DNA of 64,000 nt from an uncultured Aliarcobacter sp. (GTDB lineage Bacteria > Campylobacterota > Campylobacteria > Campylobacterales > Arcobacteraceae). Under the pieces are notes generated by a model. The model did no database searches. It was not told the origin of the DNA and worked only from the letters and a program-made list of their open reading frames with translations. Numbering within the stretch: position 1 is the stretch's first letter; each line of letters starts with the position of its first letter. The translations under genes and the position numbers were made by a program. The stretch spans positions 512,001-576,000 of the forward strand of contig CAXXLV010000002.1 of assembly GCA_963664305.2 (NCBI GenBank), written 5' to 3'. This document shows positions 28,966 through 38,086 of the stretch, in pieces.

Positions 28966-31056
28966 ATGGATTTTATAAAAAATAGCGTAAATTTGAATAC
29001 GGGCACGATAGAAGAAAAAAGAGAAGAAATAAAAAAACAATTTTTACAAACTTATGAAATAGATGAAAAACTTTTTGATTTATTAAAAGAAAAAGAGTTT
29101 ATTTATCAACAACCAAATAGACTTAGACATCCACTTATTTTTTATTATGGACATACAGCAACTTTTTTTGTAAATAAATTGGTTCTTGCAAATATTTTAA
29201 AACAAAGAGTAAATAAAGAGTTTGAATCAATTTTTGCTATTGGTGTTGATGAAATGAGTTGGGATGATTTGAACTCTGGAAATTATAAATGGCCAACATT
29301 TGAAGAAGTAAAATCTTACAGAGATAGAGTTAAAGAAATAATTTTAGATTTGATTGATAATATTGAATTTTCTATGCCAATAAACTGGGATTCTCCTATG
29401 TGGGTTATTTTAATGGGAATAGAACATGAAAATATTCATATAGAAACAAGTTCAGTATTACTTAGAGAATTGGATATAAAATATTTAAAAGAAGAAGAGA
29501 TATTTGAATATGTAAATGAATTTTCAAAAGAATATCCAAATAATGAGCTTATTGATGTAAAAGAAGGTGAAGTTTTATTACAAAAAGATAGAAAAAATCC
29601 AATATATTATGGTTGGGATAATGAGTTTTCATATCACAAATCATTTATAAAAGATTTCCAAGCTTCAAAATATCTAGTTTCAAATGGAGAATTTTTAGAA
29701 TTCGTAAAAGAGGGTGGATATAATAAACCTGAATTTTTTTCAAAAGAGGGACGAGAGTGGCTCGATTTTACACAAGCGAAATATCCAACATTTTGGATAA
29801 AAAAAGATGAAGAGTATTTTTTAAGAGAAATAAATAGAATAATTCCTTTACCACTTAATTATCCAGTTGATGTAAATCTTTATGAAGCTGAAGCATTTTG
29901 TAAATATAAAAGCCAAAAGTTAGGTTTTGAAGTTAGACTTCCAAGTGAAGATGAATATTATAGACTTTATGATTTTGTTAAAGCAGATACAAAAAAATCA
30001 AATATTGGACTTAAACAATTTAACCAAAGTAGGGTTGATAAGTATAATTTTGATGAATTTTATGATGTAGTTGGAAATGTTTGGCAATGGAGTTTAACAC
30101 CAATTTATCCTTTTGATGATTTTATAACTCATCCAATTTATGATGATTTTACAACTCCAACTTTTGATGATAGACATGCTTTGATAAAAGGTGGTTCATT
30201 TATTAGTTTAGGAAATGAAACTTTAAGAAGTGCTAGATATGCATTTAGAAAACACTTTTTTCAGCATGCAGGATTTAGATATGTTAAATCTTCAAATGAA
30301 TATAGAACAAAATTAAATGATAATGTTTATGAAACAGATGAATTGATTTCTCAGTATTGTGAATTTCATTATGGAAAAGAAAATTTTGGAATTAAAAATT
30401 TTTGTGTAAATTCAGTTGAATTATTAAAACCATATGTAAAAGATTTAAAAACTTCTAAAGCTCTTGATTTAGGTTGCTCTGTAGGACGAGCAAGTTTTGA
30501 GTTAGCAAAAATATATGATGAAGTATTAGGAATTGATTTTAGTGCAAACTTTATAAATGTTGGAGTTAAACTAAAACTTTATGATTCTTTAATTTATAAA
30601 GTTAAAAAAGAGGGTGAAATTTTTGAAGAAAAATCTGTTTCTTTAAAAGATTTAGATTTAGAAGAAATTAAAGAAAAAGTATCTTTTATGCAAGGTGATG
30701 CTTGTAATTTAAAAGATATTTATACAGGTTATGATTTGATATTTTGTTCAAATTTAATAGATAGATTATATTATCCACAAAAGTTTTTAGATGATATTCC
30801 AAATAGAGTAAATAAAGAAGGTCTTCTAGTTCTTTTAAGTCCTTATACTTGGCTGGAAGAATATACGCCAAAAAGTAATTGGCTTGGAGGTTTTATTAAA
30901 GATAATAAAGAAGTATCAACTTTTGATACTTTAAAAGAAAATTTATCTTCTAGTTTTGAATTAGTTGATGTTTTAGATGTTCCTTTTGTAATAAAAGAGA
31001 CAAATAGAAAATATCAACATACTATTTCTCAGATGTCAATTTGGAAGAAAAAATAG
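28966..31056 (+). CDS. ovoA: 5-histidylcysteine sulfoxide synthase / methyltransferase (ovothiol synthase)
   Basis: DinB-like RHPLIFYYGHTATFF and MGIEHENIHIETSSVL (HxxxHxE), FGE-sulfatase domain (YGWDNE, GNVWQW, FRKHFFQHAGFRY), SAM methyltransferase (ALDLGCSVGR, NLIDRL, SPYTW). Confidence 0.92.
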   Translation: MDFIKNSVNLNTGTIEEKREEIKKQFLQTYEIDEKLFDLLKEKEFIYQQPNRLRHPLIFYYGHTATFFVNKLVLANILKQRVNKEFESIFAIGVDEMSWDDLNSGNYKWPTFEEVKSYRDRVKEIILDLIDNIEFSMPINWDSPMWVILMGIEHENIHIETSSVLLRELDIKYLKEEEIFEYVNEFSKEYPNNELIDVKEGEVLLQKDRKNPIYYGWDNEFSYHKSFIKDFQASKYLVSNGEFLEFVKEGGYNKPEFFSKEGREWLDFTQAKYPTFWIKKDEEYFLREINRIIPLPLNYPVDVNLYEAEAFCKYKSQKLGFEVRLPSEDEYYRLYDFVKADTKKSNIGLKQFNQSRVDKYNFDEFYDVVGNVWQWSLTPIYPFDDFITHPIYDDFTTPTFDDRHALIKGGSFISLGNETLRSARYAFRKHFFQHAGFRYVKSSNEYRTKLNDNVYETDELISQYCEFHYGKENFGIKNFCVNSVELLKPYVKDLKTSKALDLGCSVGRASFELAKIYDEVLGIDFSANFINVGVKLKLYDSLIYKVKKEGEIFEEKSVSLKDLDLEEIKEKVSFMQGDACNLKDIYTGYDLIFCSNLIDRLYYPQKFLDDIPNRVNKEGLLVLLSPYTWLEEYTPKSNWLGGFIKDNKEVSTFDTLKENLSSSFELVDVLDVPFVIKETNRKYQHTISQMSIWKKK

Positions 31057-31061
31057 AGTTT

Positions 31062-31625
31062 TTATACTCTATTTTTTTGTTTTACTTGCTCCATTAGTTT
31101 TAGTTGATCAGCTACACTTAGACTTAATATTTGGTTCTCTTTTACAGAAGTACCATTTTTATTATTTGTAAAAGTTTCTTTCAGCCCATTTATTTTTTCT
31201 TCAATCTCTTTTTTTATAGGGAAAGTATTATTTAGATTTTCATTTGTATTTCTGATTGATCTTCCTGTAACCTTTTCTTGAGCTTGAATTAATGTTGTTT
31301 TTATATCTTTTAATGTTGATTCAATTTCACTTAGAGATAAATTTCCATCAGATGATTTTTTCTTTTTTAGATTTTCTAATTTGTCTAAAAGTTCTTTTAT
31401 CTTTTCTAATTCATCTTCTGTAAAACCTGTTTTTAGTAGAGATAATATATCTTTTACTAATGCTTCTCTTTCATTGTTTTCAATTTTTACATTATTTTCT
31501 TTATCATTATCCTTTTCCATTAATGAATCAAAAGAATTGATTGAATTTTCATCTTTATCTTTTGATAAAAGAGAATCTTTTGTTGATGTACCAAATAATG
31601 AATTTGTAGAAGTTGTTATTTGCAT
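31062..31625 (-). CDS. Hypothetical low-complexity helical protein
   Basis: 187-aa ORF with AAGG RBS; no recognised motif. Confidence 0.7.
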   Translation of the reverse strand: MQITTSTNSLFGTSTKDSLLSKDKDENSINSFDSLMEKDNDKENNVKIENNEREALVKDILSLLKTGFTEDELEKIKELLDKLENLKKKKSSDGNLSLSEIESTLKDIKTTLIQAQEKVTGRSIRNTNENLNNTFPIKKEIEEKINGLKETFTNNKNGTSVKENQILSLSVADQLKLMEQVKQKNRV

Positions 31626-31667
31626 AAAAAGCCTTTTAAATAAAAAATTTTATGTATAATAATTTTT

Positions 31668-32903
31668 ATGATTATTAGTAAAATAAAAAGTAAACAAATT
31701 GTAACAATTATTTTCTTATTTTTTCTATTTTTATTAAACCTTTCCATTGAATATAGTAAATATTTAGATTTAGTAGATGAAGAGATTTATGAAACAAAAG
31801 TTGAAGTTTTGAATATTTATAAAAAAGAAGAATTTAATATCTTAAGATTAAAAGCAGATAATTTTGACTTTTTTACAAATATAGATAAAAGTGAGAATAT
31901 AAAAAAATTTGATTTATTAAATCTTGTTTTTATTTCAAAAAATATAAGTTTTTTAGATTATCTAAAAGGTTTTTATACAAAAACTATTTATTTTGACATT
32001 TTAGATAAATCTCCTTTTTTTAGGGATAAACTTGTAAAACAAATAGATATAAATCATAAAAATGAAATGATAAAAGAACTATTTCAAGCACTATTTTTAG
32101 CAATTCCTATTTCAAAAGAGTTAAGAGAAATTTGTACAAATTATGGAATTTCTCATTTAATTGCGTTATCAGGTTTTCATCTTGCTGTTTTATCTTTTGT
32201 AATTTATTGGATTTTATATTTTCCATATTCTTTTTTTCATCAAAAATTTTTTCCATACAGAAACAAAAAGTATGATTTATTGCTAATAACCATAGTATTT
32301 CTTTTTTTGTATTTGTTATTAACTGGAATTATTCCTTCCCTGTTAAGAGCTTTTGTGATGTTTTGTTTAGGTATTTTTTTACTTCGCTCAAATATAAAGA
32401 TTTTATCTTTTGAAACTCTATTTTTTACAGCTTTAATTGTAATTTCATTATTTCCTAAATATCTTTTTTCTTTAGGATTTTGGTTCTCAATAATTGCTGT
32501 TTTTTATATCTTTTTATATATTCAATATTTTGATTTTAAAAACAAATTTTTTCATCTTTTTTTATTTAATATTTGGATGTTTTTAATTTTTAATCCAATA
32601 GTACATTTTTATTTTCCTTCAACTTCCTATTTACAATTTTTATCACCCATAATTACAATCTTTTTTAGCTTTTTTTATCCTTTTGAGATTTTTGCACATA
32701 TTTTTAATTTTGCAATCTATTTTGATGAGTATATTAAATATTTTTTAGATTTTAAGCTGTTTATTTATGAAGTTAAAACACCTTTTTATTTTTTTATTGT
32801 TTATTTGATTTTCTCATTTTTTTCAATATTTAATAAAAAAGTGTTTTATATTTTAAATTTTTTAATGATTTTATTTAATTTATTTTTGTATTTAAGATTT
32901 TAA
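31668..32903 (+). CDS. comEC: ComEC/Rec2 family competence membrane protein
   Basis: GISHLIALSGFHL, PSLLRA, GFWFS; multiple TM segments; no C-terminal beta-lactamase domain. Confidence 0.88.
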   Translation: MIISKIKSKQIVTIIFLFFLFLLNLSIEYSKYLDLVDEEIYETKVEVLNIYKKEEFNILRLKADNFDFFTNIDKSENIKKFDLLNLVFISKNISFLDYLKGFYTKTIYFDILDKSPFFRDKLVKQIDINHKNEMIKELFQALFLAIPISKELREICTNYGISHLIALSGFHLAVLSFVIYWILYFPYSFFHQKFFPYRNKKYDLLLITIVFLFLYLLLTGIIPSLLRAFVMFCLGIFLLRSNIKILSFETLFFTALIVISLFPKYLFSLGFWFSIIAVFYIFLYIQYFDFKNKFFHLFLFNIWMFLIFNPIVHFYFPSTSYLQFLSPIITIFFSFFYPFEIFAHIFNFAIYFDEYIKYFLDFKLFIYEVKTPFYFFIVYLIFSFFSIFNKKVFYILNFLMILFNLFLYLRF

Positions 32904-33632
32904 AACTTTGTCTAAAGTATATTTTAAATCTTCATCTAGTTCCATACTTGTTCTCATCCAATTTAGATAATTTGTATCGATTTTTGCAACTTCTTCAATA
33001 TCTTTACCTTTATATTTTCCAAATTTAAATGTTTTGATAAATACAGGCGTTTTTGTCAAATCAACAAGTTTTTCAATTGGATTATAATCAGGATAAATTT
33101 CTCTACATCTTCCTACAAGTTTTGTTAAAAATAGTTTCATAACTAAAACATCACCAATTGCATCATGAGCTTTTATAGTAATATTATGTTTTGAAGCCTC
33201 TTGTTCTTCAGTTTTATACAATTCAAGAGCATATCTTATATATTGAAGTCTATGATAAGGAAGTTCAGGAAATAGGTGCTTTGCACATCTTAATGTATCA
33301 ATGATTTGATATTGATTTACAAATCCCTCTTTTTTTATCATTTCCATATCAAAAGAGATATTGTGAGCTATCAAAAAGTTTTCATTTGAGTTTAATTCTT
33401 CTAGTCTTTTATAAAATGAAGTTTCAGGTGCTTTTGGTTTTCCAATTAATAAATCAGGAGTTATATTGTGAACTTCCATTGCTTCAAGCTTTATTTCAAC
33501 ATCACTTGAACAAAATTCATCATAAGCTTCAATTTTTCCTTTTTGATCAACAATCATTGCACCAAATTGAATAACTCTATCTTCTTCTTGGTTTCCTGTT
33601 GTTTCTGTATCAAATAGTATGTAATATGCCAT
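32892..33632 (-). CDS. DEDDh 3'-5' exonuclease with C-terminal FGKYKG domain
   Basis: FDTETTG, AHN..FD, HDAIGD, KFGKYKG...YLNW. Confidence 0.9.
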   Translation of the reverse strand: MAYYILFDTETTGNQEEDRVIQFGAMIVDQKGKIEAYDEFCSSDVEIKLEAMEVHNITPDLLIGKPKAPETSFYKRLEELNSNENFLIAHNISFDMEMIKKEGFVNQYQIIDTLRCAKHLFPELPYHRLQYIRYALELYKTEEQEASKHNITIKAHDAIGDVLVMKLFLTKLVGRCREIYPDYNPIEKLVDLTKTPVFIKTFKFGKYKGKDIEEVAKIDTNYLNWMRTSMELDEDLKYTLDKVLKS

Positions 33633-33641
33633 TTTAGTCCT

Positions 33642-34664
33642 TTAAATTATTAACATACCATCGCCATATGAGTAAAATCTATATTTTTCTTTTATGGCTT
33701 CATGGTAAATTTCAAGTGTTTTTTCTAATCCTACAAAAGATGCAATAAGCATAATTAGTGTAGATTTTGGTAAGTGAAAATTTGTAAGTAAATAATCAAC
33801 TTTAATTGGTTGATTTGATGGATTTAAAAACAAATCACATTCACCTTGGATTTTATTTGTTCTTGCATAGTATTCAACTGTTCTAGTAACCGTTGTGCCA
33901 ACTGCTAAAACTTTTTTTGCATTATCTAAAGCTTTTTTTGCTTCTATTCCTATTTCAAAATATTCACTATGCATTGGATGATTTAAAATATCATCCACAT
34001 CAACAGGTTTGAAAGTTCCAGCTCCAACATGAAGTGTAAGATAATTTACATCATATTTATTATTGATTTTTTCTAATAATTCAGATGTAAAATGTAGTGA
34101 TGCCGTAGGAGCTGCAACTGCTCCATAATTTTTAGCAAACAAAGTTTGGTAATCTTTTTCATCCTCTTTTTCATCTTCTCTATTCATATAAGGAGGAAGT
34201 GGAAGATGTCCAATTTTATTTAAAATTTCAACAAGCTCTAAAAAATCTAAGTTTTTATCTTTTTTAAAAAATTTAACAACTCTTGTCCCATCTTCATTTA
34301 ATTCAATTACTTCTGCAATTAAATCTTCATCAAAAAATAGTTTTGTTCCAATTTTTACTTTACCTCGTATCATTACAAGATATCTATCCATAAAAAGAGG
34401 TTTATTTAAAAGAAGTTCAACTTTTCCACCTGATTCTTTTTCTCCAAAAATTCTAGCTTTTATAACTTTTGTGTCATTCAAAAAAATAGATAAATCAGAA
34501 GGTAAAACATCCATTAGATTTTTGAAAGTTGTGTGGGTAATTTTGTTTTCTTTTCTGTTATAAACCAAAAGTCTAGCACTATCTGCTGGACTTACAGGTT
34601 TTGTTGCGATTAACTCTTTTGGTAAATCATAATCGTAACTTGAAGTTTTAAGCGGGTCTAACAA
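33642..34664 (-). CDS. queA: S-adenosylmethionine:tRNA ribosyltransferase-isomerase
   Basis: NDTKVIKAR, PLPPY, AAPTASLHF, LHVGAGTF, TNFHLPKSTL, YSYGD. Confidence 0.97.
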   Translation of the reverse strand: MLDPLKTSSYDYDLPKELIATKPVSPADSARLLVYNRKENKITHTTFKNLMDVLPSDLSIFLNDTKVIKARIFGEKESGGKVELLLNKPLFMDRYLVMIRGKVKIGTKLFFDEDLIAEVIELNEDGTRVVKFFKKDKNLDFLELVEILNKIGHLPLPPYMNREDEKEDEKDYQTLFAKNYGAVAAPTASLHFTSELLEKINNKYDVNYLTLHVGAGTFKPVDVDDILNHPMHSEYFEIGIEAKKALDNAKKVLAVGTTVTRTVEYYARTNKIQGECDLFLNPSNQPIKVDYLLTNFHLPKSTLIMLIASFVGLEKTLEIYHEAIKEKYRFYSYGDGMLII

Positions 34665-34666
34665 TT

Positions 34667-35398
34667 CTATTCTTCCTCATCTTCTTCTTTTGCAGCTGGA
34701 TTAAATACTTTTGCTACATAAATAGAAATTCCATATAATAAAATAAGTGGACCAGCCATTAAAAATTGAGTTAAAACATCAGGAGGTGTTAAAAGAGCTG
34801 CAACTATAAATATAATAACAACCGCATATCTAAAGAAATCTTTTAACATTTTATCATCTACAAGTCCGATTTTTGCAAAAAAGAAAGTTATTACAGGTAA
34901 CTCAAATGCAATACCAAATCCAAATAGTAATTTTGTAAAGAAACTAACATATGCTCCAATACTTGGTAATACTGTTACAACAACTGAACCAAAGTTTACT
35001 AAGAACTCAAATCCAAATGGAACAACAACATAATAAGCAAAAGAAGCACCAATTACAAACATTAATGTTGCAAAAAATACAAAAGGAATTACAAGTTTTT
35101 TTTCATGGTCATAAAGTCCAGGAGCTAAAAATAACCACATTTGCCAGAATATTACAGGTAAAGAAAAAATAAACCCAGTAAAAAAAGCTACTTTTAAAGC
35201 TGTAAAGAATGTTTCTTGAAGTTCAACTGCAACCATATGAGAATTTTTAGGTAAAACAGCTTCAACAGGAATCATCATCCAAGTTAAAATAGGTTCATAA
35301 AAAGAAAAACAAACAAAAAACATTGCAACAACAGTTAAAGTAGAGACAATAAGTCTTTTTCTTAAGTCAGCAATATGGGGTTTTAAATCTTCAAACAT
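34667..35398 (-). CDS. tatC: Twin-arginine translocase subunit TatC
   Basis: H..DLRKR, FLAPGLY..E, FELP, TPPD. Confidence 0.96.
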   Translation of the reverse strand: MFEDLKPHIADLRKRLIVSTLTVVAMFFVCFSFYEPILTWMMIPVEAVLPKNSHMVAVELQETFFTALKVAFFTGFIFSLPVIFWQMWLFLAPGLYDHEKKLVIPFVFFATLMFVIGASFAYYVVVPFGFEFLVNFGSVVVTVLPSIGAYVSFFTKLLFGFGIAFELPVITFFFAKIGLVDDKMLKDFFRYAVVIIFIVAALLTPPDVLTQFLMAGPLILLYGISIYVAKVFNPAAKEEDEEE

Positions 35399-35775
35399 TA
35401 AGCATTTTCCTCTTTTTTGTCTAATTTCTCTTTTTTAAATGAAACTTTTTCACTTTTTTCTTTAGTTTCATTTTTTGGTGTATCAGTATTTAAATCATCT
35501 TTTAAAATTTCATCTAAACCTAAATCAATTTTTGATTCTATTGATAAAGAAGCTTTAGTTTCTTCTATTTGTGATTTAAATTTATTTGCTTCAGTTTTCA
35601 TTTCAGAAATATTTAATTCACTATCTAAAGTTGATTTTGCATCTTCAAGTCCAGATTTGAATTTTCTGATAAATTTTGCAATTTGAACCATTGCATCAGG
35701 TAATTTGTCTGGTCCTAATGCGATAATTGCAATTATTGCAATTAACAAGATTTCCATAAAGCCCATTCCAAACAT
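35398..35775 (-). CDS. tatB: Twin-arginine translocase subunit TatB (start re-assigned to ATG at 35775)
   Basis: MFGMGFMEILLIAIIAIIALGPDKLP; GGAG RBS upstream of 35775. Confidence 0.92.
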   Translation of the reverse strand: MFGMGFMEILLIAIIAIIALGPDKLPDAMVQIAKFIRKFKSGLEDAKSTLDSELNISEMKTEANKFKSQIEETKASLSIESKIDLGLDEILKDDLNTDTPKNETKEKSEKVSFKKEKLDKKEENA

Positions 35776-35865
35776 TTGTAACTCCATTGTCTATTTAAAG
35801 GGAGAGATTTTACCTAAAATTTGTTAAAATCAACCAAAAATTTAAACTGGAAGATAAGGGAAAAT

Positions 35866-36621
35866 ATGGAATTAATAGTTTTAGCAGTTGTAATTGTGAT
35901 TTTGTTTTTTATTGGAAAAAACTATAAAACAGAAGAGTTTAAAAATATAAATTTAAAAAGAAAAGAGATTTTTCAAGGAGATTTGTTACATCACGAAGCA
36001 GGACTTTTAGTAGCTTTAATGGCAAAAGTTGCAAAAGCTGATGGAAAGGTTAGTGAACTTGAAGCAGAACTTTTAAAACATACATTTAATGATATTTCAA
36101 GTCATTTTGAAAACTTTGAAGAAGTAAGAACTAAATTAAAAAATTTATATGAAACAGAAAAACAAAGTTTTGATAATCTTATTGTAATTAGTGAAAAACT
36201 ATATGGCTTAACAAGAAATGATTACAATAAACGTCTAAAAATTATGGAATATCTTATAAATTTAGCATTTATTGATAAAGAGTTTTCTAATACTGAAAAG
36301 ATGATAACAGAAGATATTTCAAATGCATTAAAAATCAAAAAAGAGGATTTTGATAGATTAGTTTCAACATTCGAAGCTTTTTATGCTCAACAAGCTTCAA
36401 ATAAAGCTACAAGTTTAGAAAAAGCTTATGAAATTTTGGAATCAACACCAAATGATGATGCAGCAACATTAAAGAAGAATTATAGAAATTTAGTGAAAAA
36501 ACACCATCCTGATATTATTGCAGGACAAGGTGCTAGTCAAAATATTATTGATGAAGCTACAAAAAAACTTCAAGAGATAAATGAAGCTTATGAAATTATC
36601 AAAAAAGATAAAGGTTTATAA
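35866..36621 (+). CDS. djlA: DjlA-like co-chaperone (TM + TerB-like + C-terminal J domain); start re-assigned to ATG at 35866
   Basis: N-terminal TM, AKVAKADGKVS..E, C-terminal YR.LVKKHHPD...INEAY. Confidence 0.82.
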   Translation: MELIVLAVVIVILFFIGKNYKTEEFKNINLKRKEIFQGDLLHHEAGLLVALMAKVAKADGKVSELEAELLKHTFNDISSHFENFEEVRTKLKNLYETEKQSFDNLIVISEKLYGLTRNDYNKRLKIMEYLINLAFIDKEFSNTEKMITEDISNALKIKKEDFDRLVSTFEAFYAQQASNKATSLEKAYEILESTPNDDAATLKKNYRNLVKKHHPDIIAGQGASQNIIDEATKKLQEINEAYEIIKKDKGL

Positions 36622-36624
36622 AAA

Positions 36625-36855
36625 TTGTTGAATTTTCCTAAAACTTATGAAGTATGTAACTGTAAAAAAGTTACAATTGCACAAATTGAAGATGCAATAA
36701 TCACTCAAAATGCAAAAACTCTTAGAGATATTCAAGATATTACAACTGCTGGAACTGATTGTAGATTTTGTATATTTGAAGAGGGTGATTTTGGAAAAAT
36801 TAAAAAAAAGATATATTGTAAAGATATCTTAAATAGTGTAAAAGAAGGATTTTAA
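36625..36855 (+). CDS. BFD-like [2Fe-2S]-binding protein
   Basis: VCNCKKV...AGTDCRFC. Confidence 0.85.
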   Translation: MLNFPKTYEVCNCKKVTIAQIEDAIITQNAKTLRDIQDITTAGTDCRFCIFEEGDFGKIKKKIYCKDILNSVKEGF

Positions 36856-37085
36856 TGGCTAGAAGTTTTCCACACTCTTTTGTGGTTTGTACTTGTAAAC
36901 ACGTAACTTTAGGTGAAATTATTTATTCAATTAAAGAAAAAGGTGCAAAAACTCTTGAAGATTTATCTGAATTAACAGATGCTGGAAGTTGTTGTAAATC
37001 TTGTCAAAATTCACAAAGCGATATTGGTGTTGAAAAAATGGAACTATATTTAGAAGAAATTTTAAATAAATTTAATAAAGAATAA
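36855..37085 (+). CDS. BFD-like [2Fe-2S]-binding protein
   Basis: VCTCKHV...AGSCCKSC. Confidence 0.85.
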   Translation: MARSFPHSFVVCTCKHVTLGEIIYSIKEKGAKTLEDLSELTDAGSCCKSCQNSQSDIGVEKMELYLEEILNKFNKE

Positions 37086-37087
37086 TT

Positions 37088-37300
37088 ATGAAAGAAATAT
37101 TAATAGAAAATATAAAAGAGTTAATCAAAATAAATCCAACTGATAGTATAGAAATAAATCCTAAATACCTTGAATACTTTGATGAAGAAGAGCTTTTGAA
37201 TATTCAAAAAGAGTTGGAATTAAGAAAAGAAAACATATCTAAAATAAGTAATAATTATTTAGATGAAATTTATGAAAAAACAAAAAAAGATGAGATATAA
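37088..37300 (+). CDS. Hypothetical protein
   Basis: 70-aa ORF within a tight operon. Confidence 0.7.
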   Translation: MKEILIENIKELIKINPTDSIEINPKYLEYFDEEELLNIQKELELRKENISKISNNYLDEIYEKTKKDEI

Positions 37301-37321
37301 TTACTTAATAAAGGATTAAGA

Positions 37322-38083
37322 ATGATAAATTGGGAAAAAATTAAGCAAGATTTAATTTTATTTTTAAAAGATGAAGTTGCTAAAACTGGTCTAGAAAAGG
37401 TAACTGTAGGGCTTTCAGGAGGTTTAGACTCAGCTGTTGTTGCTATTTTATGTAAAGAAGCTTTTGGTGATAATTTAAACTGCGTATTAATGCCATCACA
37501 ATTTTCATCAAAAAGTTCAACAGAACATGCAATCGAAGTATGTGAGAAATTTGATATCAAATATGAAATTATCTCAATTGAACCAATGGTTAGTGCTTTT
37601 ATTAAAAATATGAATGAAGATAAACTAAGAATTGGAAATTTTTCTGCAAGAATGAGAATGTCTGTTTTATATGATGTATCATCAAGAGAAAAATCTTTAG
37701 TTGTTGGAACTTCAAATAGAAGTGAGATACTTTTAGGTTATGGAACAATTTTTGGAGATATTGCATGTGCAATTAATCCAATAGGGGAAATTTATAAAAG
37801 TGACGAGTTTGAATTTGCAAAATATTTAGGTGTTCCTGAATCTATTTTAGGAAAAGCACCAAGTGCAGATTTATGGGAAGGTCAAAGTGATGAAGATGAA
37901 CTTGGACATACATATAAAGAGATGGATGATTTATTAAAAGCAATGATTGATGAAGGAAAATCAAAATATGAGTTATTAAAACTTGGTTTTGATGAACCTT
38001 TTATTGATAAAATAAATTATAGAGTAAAAGCTAATTCTTTCAAAGGTAAATTACCAACAATAGCAAAAATAAGGTGGAATTGA
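37322..38083 (+). CDS. nadE: NH3-dependent NAD+ synthetase
   Basis: GLSGGLDSA, GN..ARMRM, GTSN.SE, KAPSADLW.GQ.DE. Confidence 0.96.
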   Translation: MINWEKIKQDLILFLKDEVAKTGLEKVTVGLSGGLDSAVVAILCKEAFGDNLNCVLMPSQFSSKSSTEHAIEVCEKFDIKYEIISIEPMVSAFIKNMNEDKLRIGNFSARMRMSVLYDVSSREKSLVVGTSNRSEILLGYGTIFGDIACAINPIGEIYKSDEFEFAKYLGVPESILGKAPSADLWEGQSDEDELGHTYKEMDDLLKAMIDEGKSKYELLKLGFDEPFIDKINYRVKANSFKGKLPTIAKIRWN

Positions 38084-38086
38084 TAA

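Noticed and set aside
28966..31056. Ergothioneine EgtB or selenoneine/ovoselenol synthase
   Set aside because: The C-terminal methyltransferase fusion and OvoA-type motifs, with no selenium-pathway neighbours, favour OvoA
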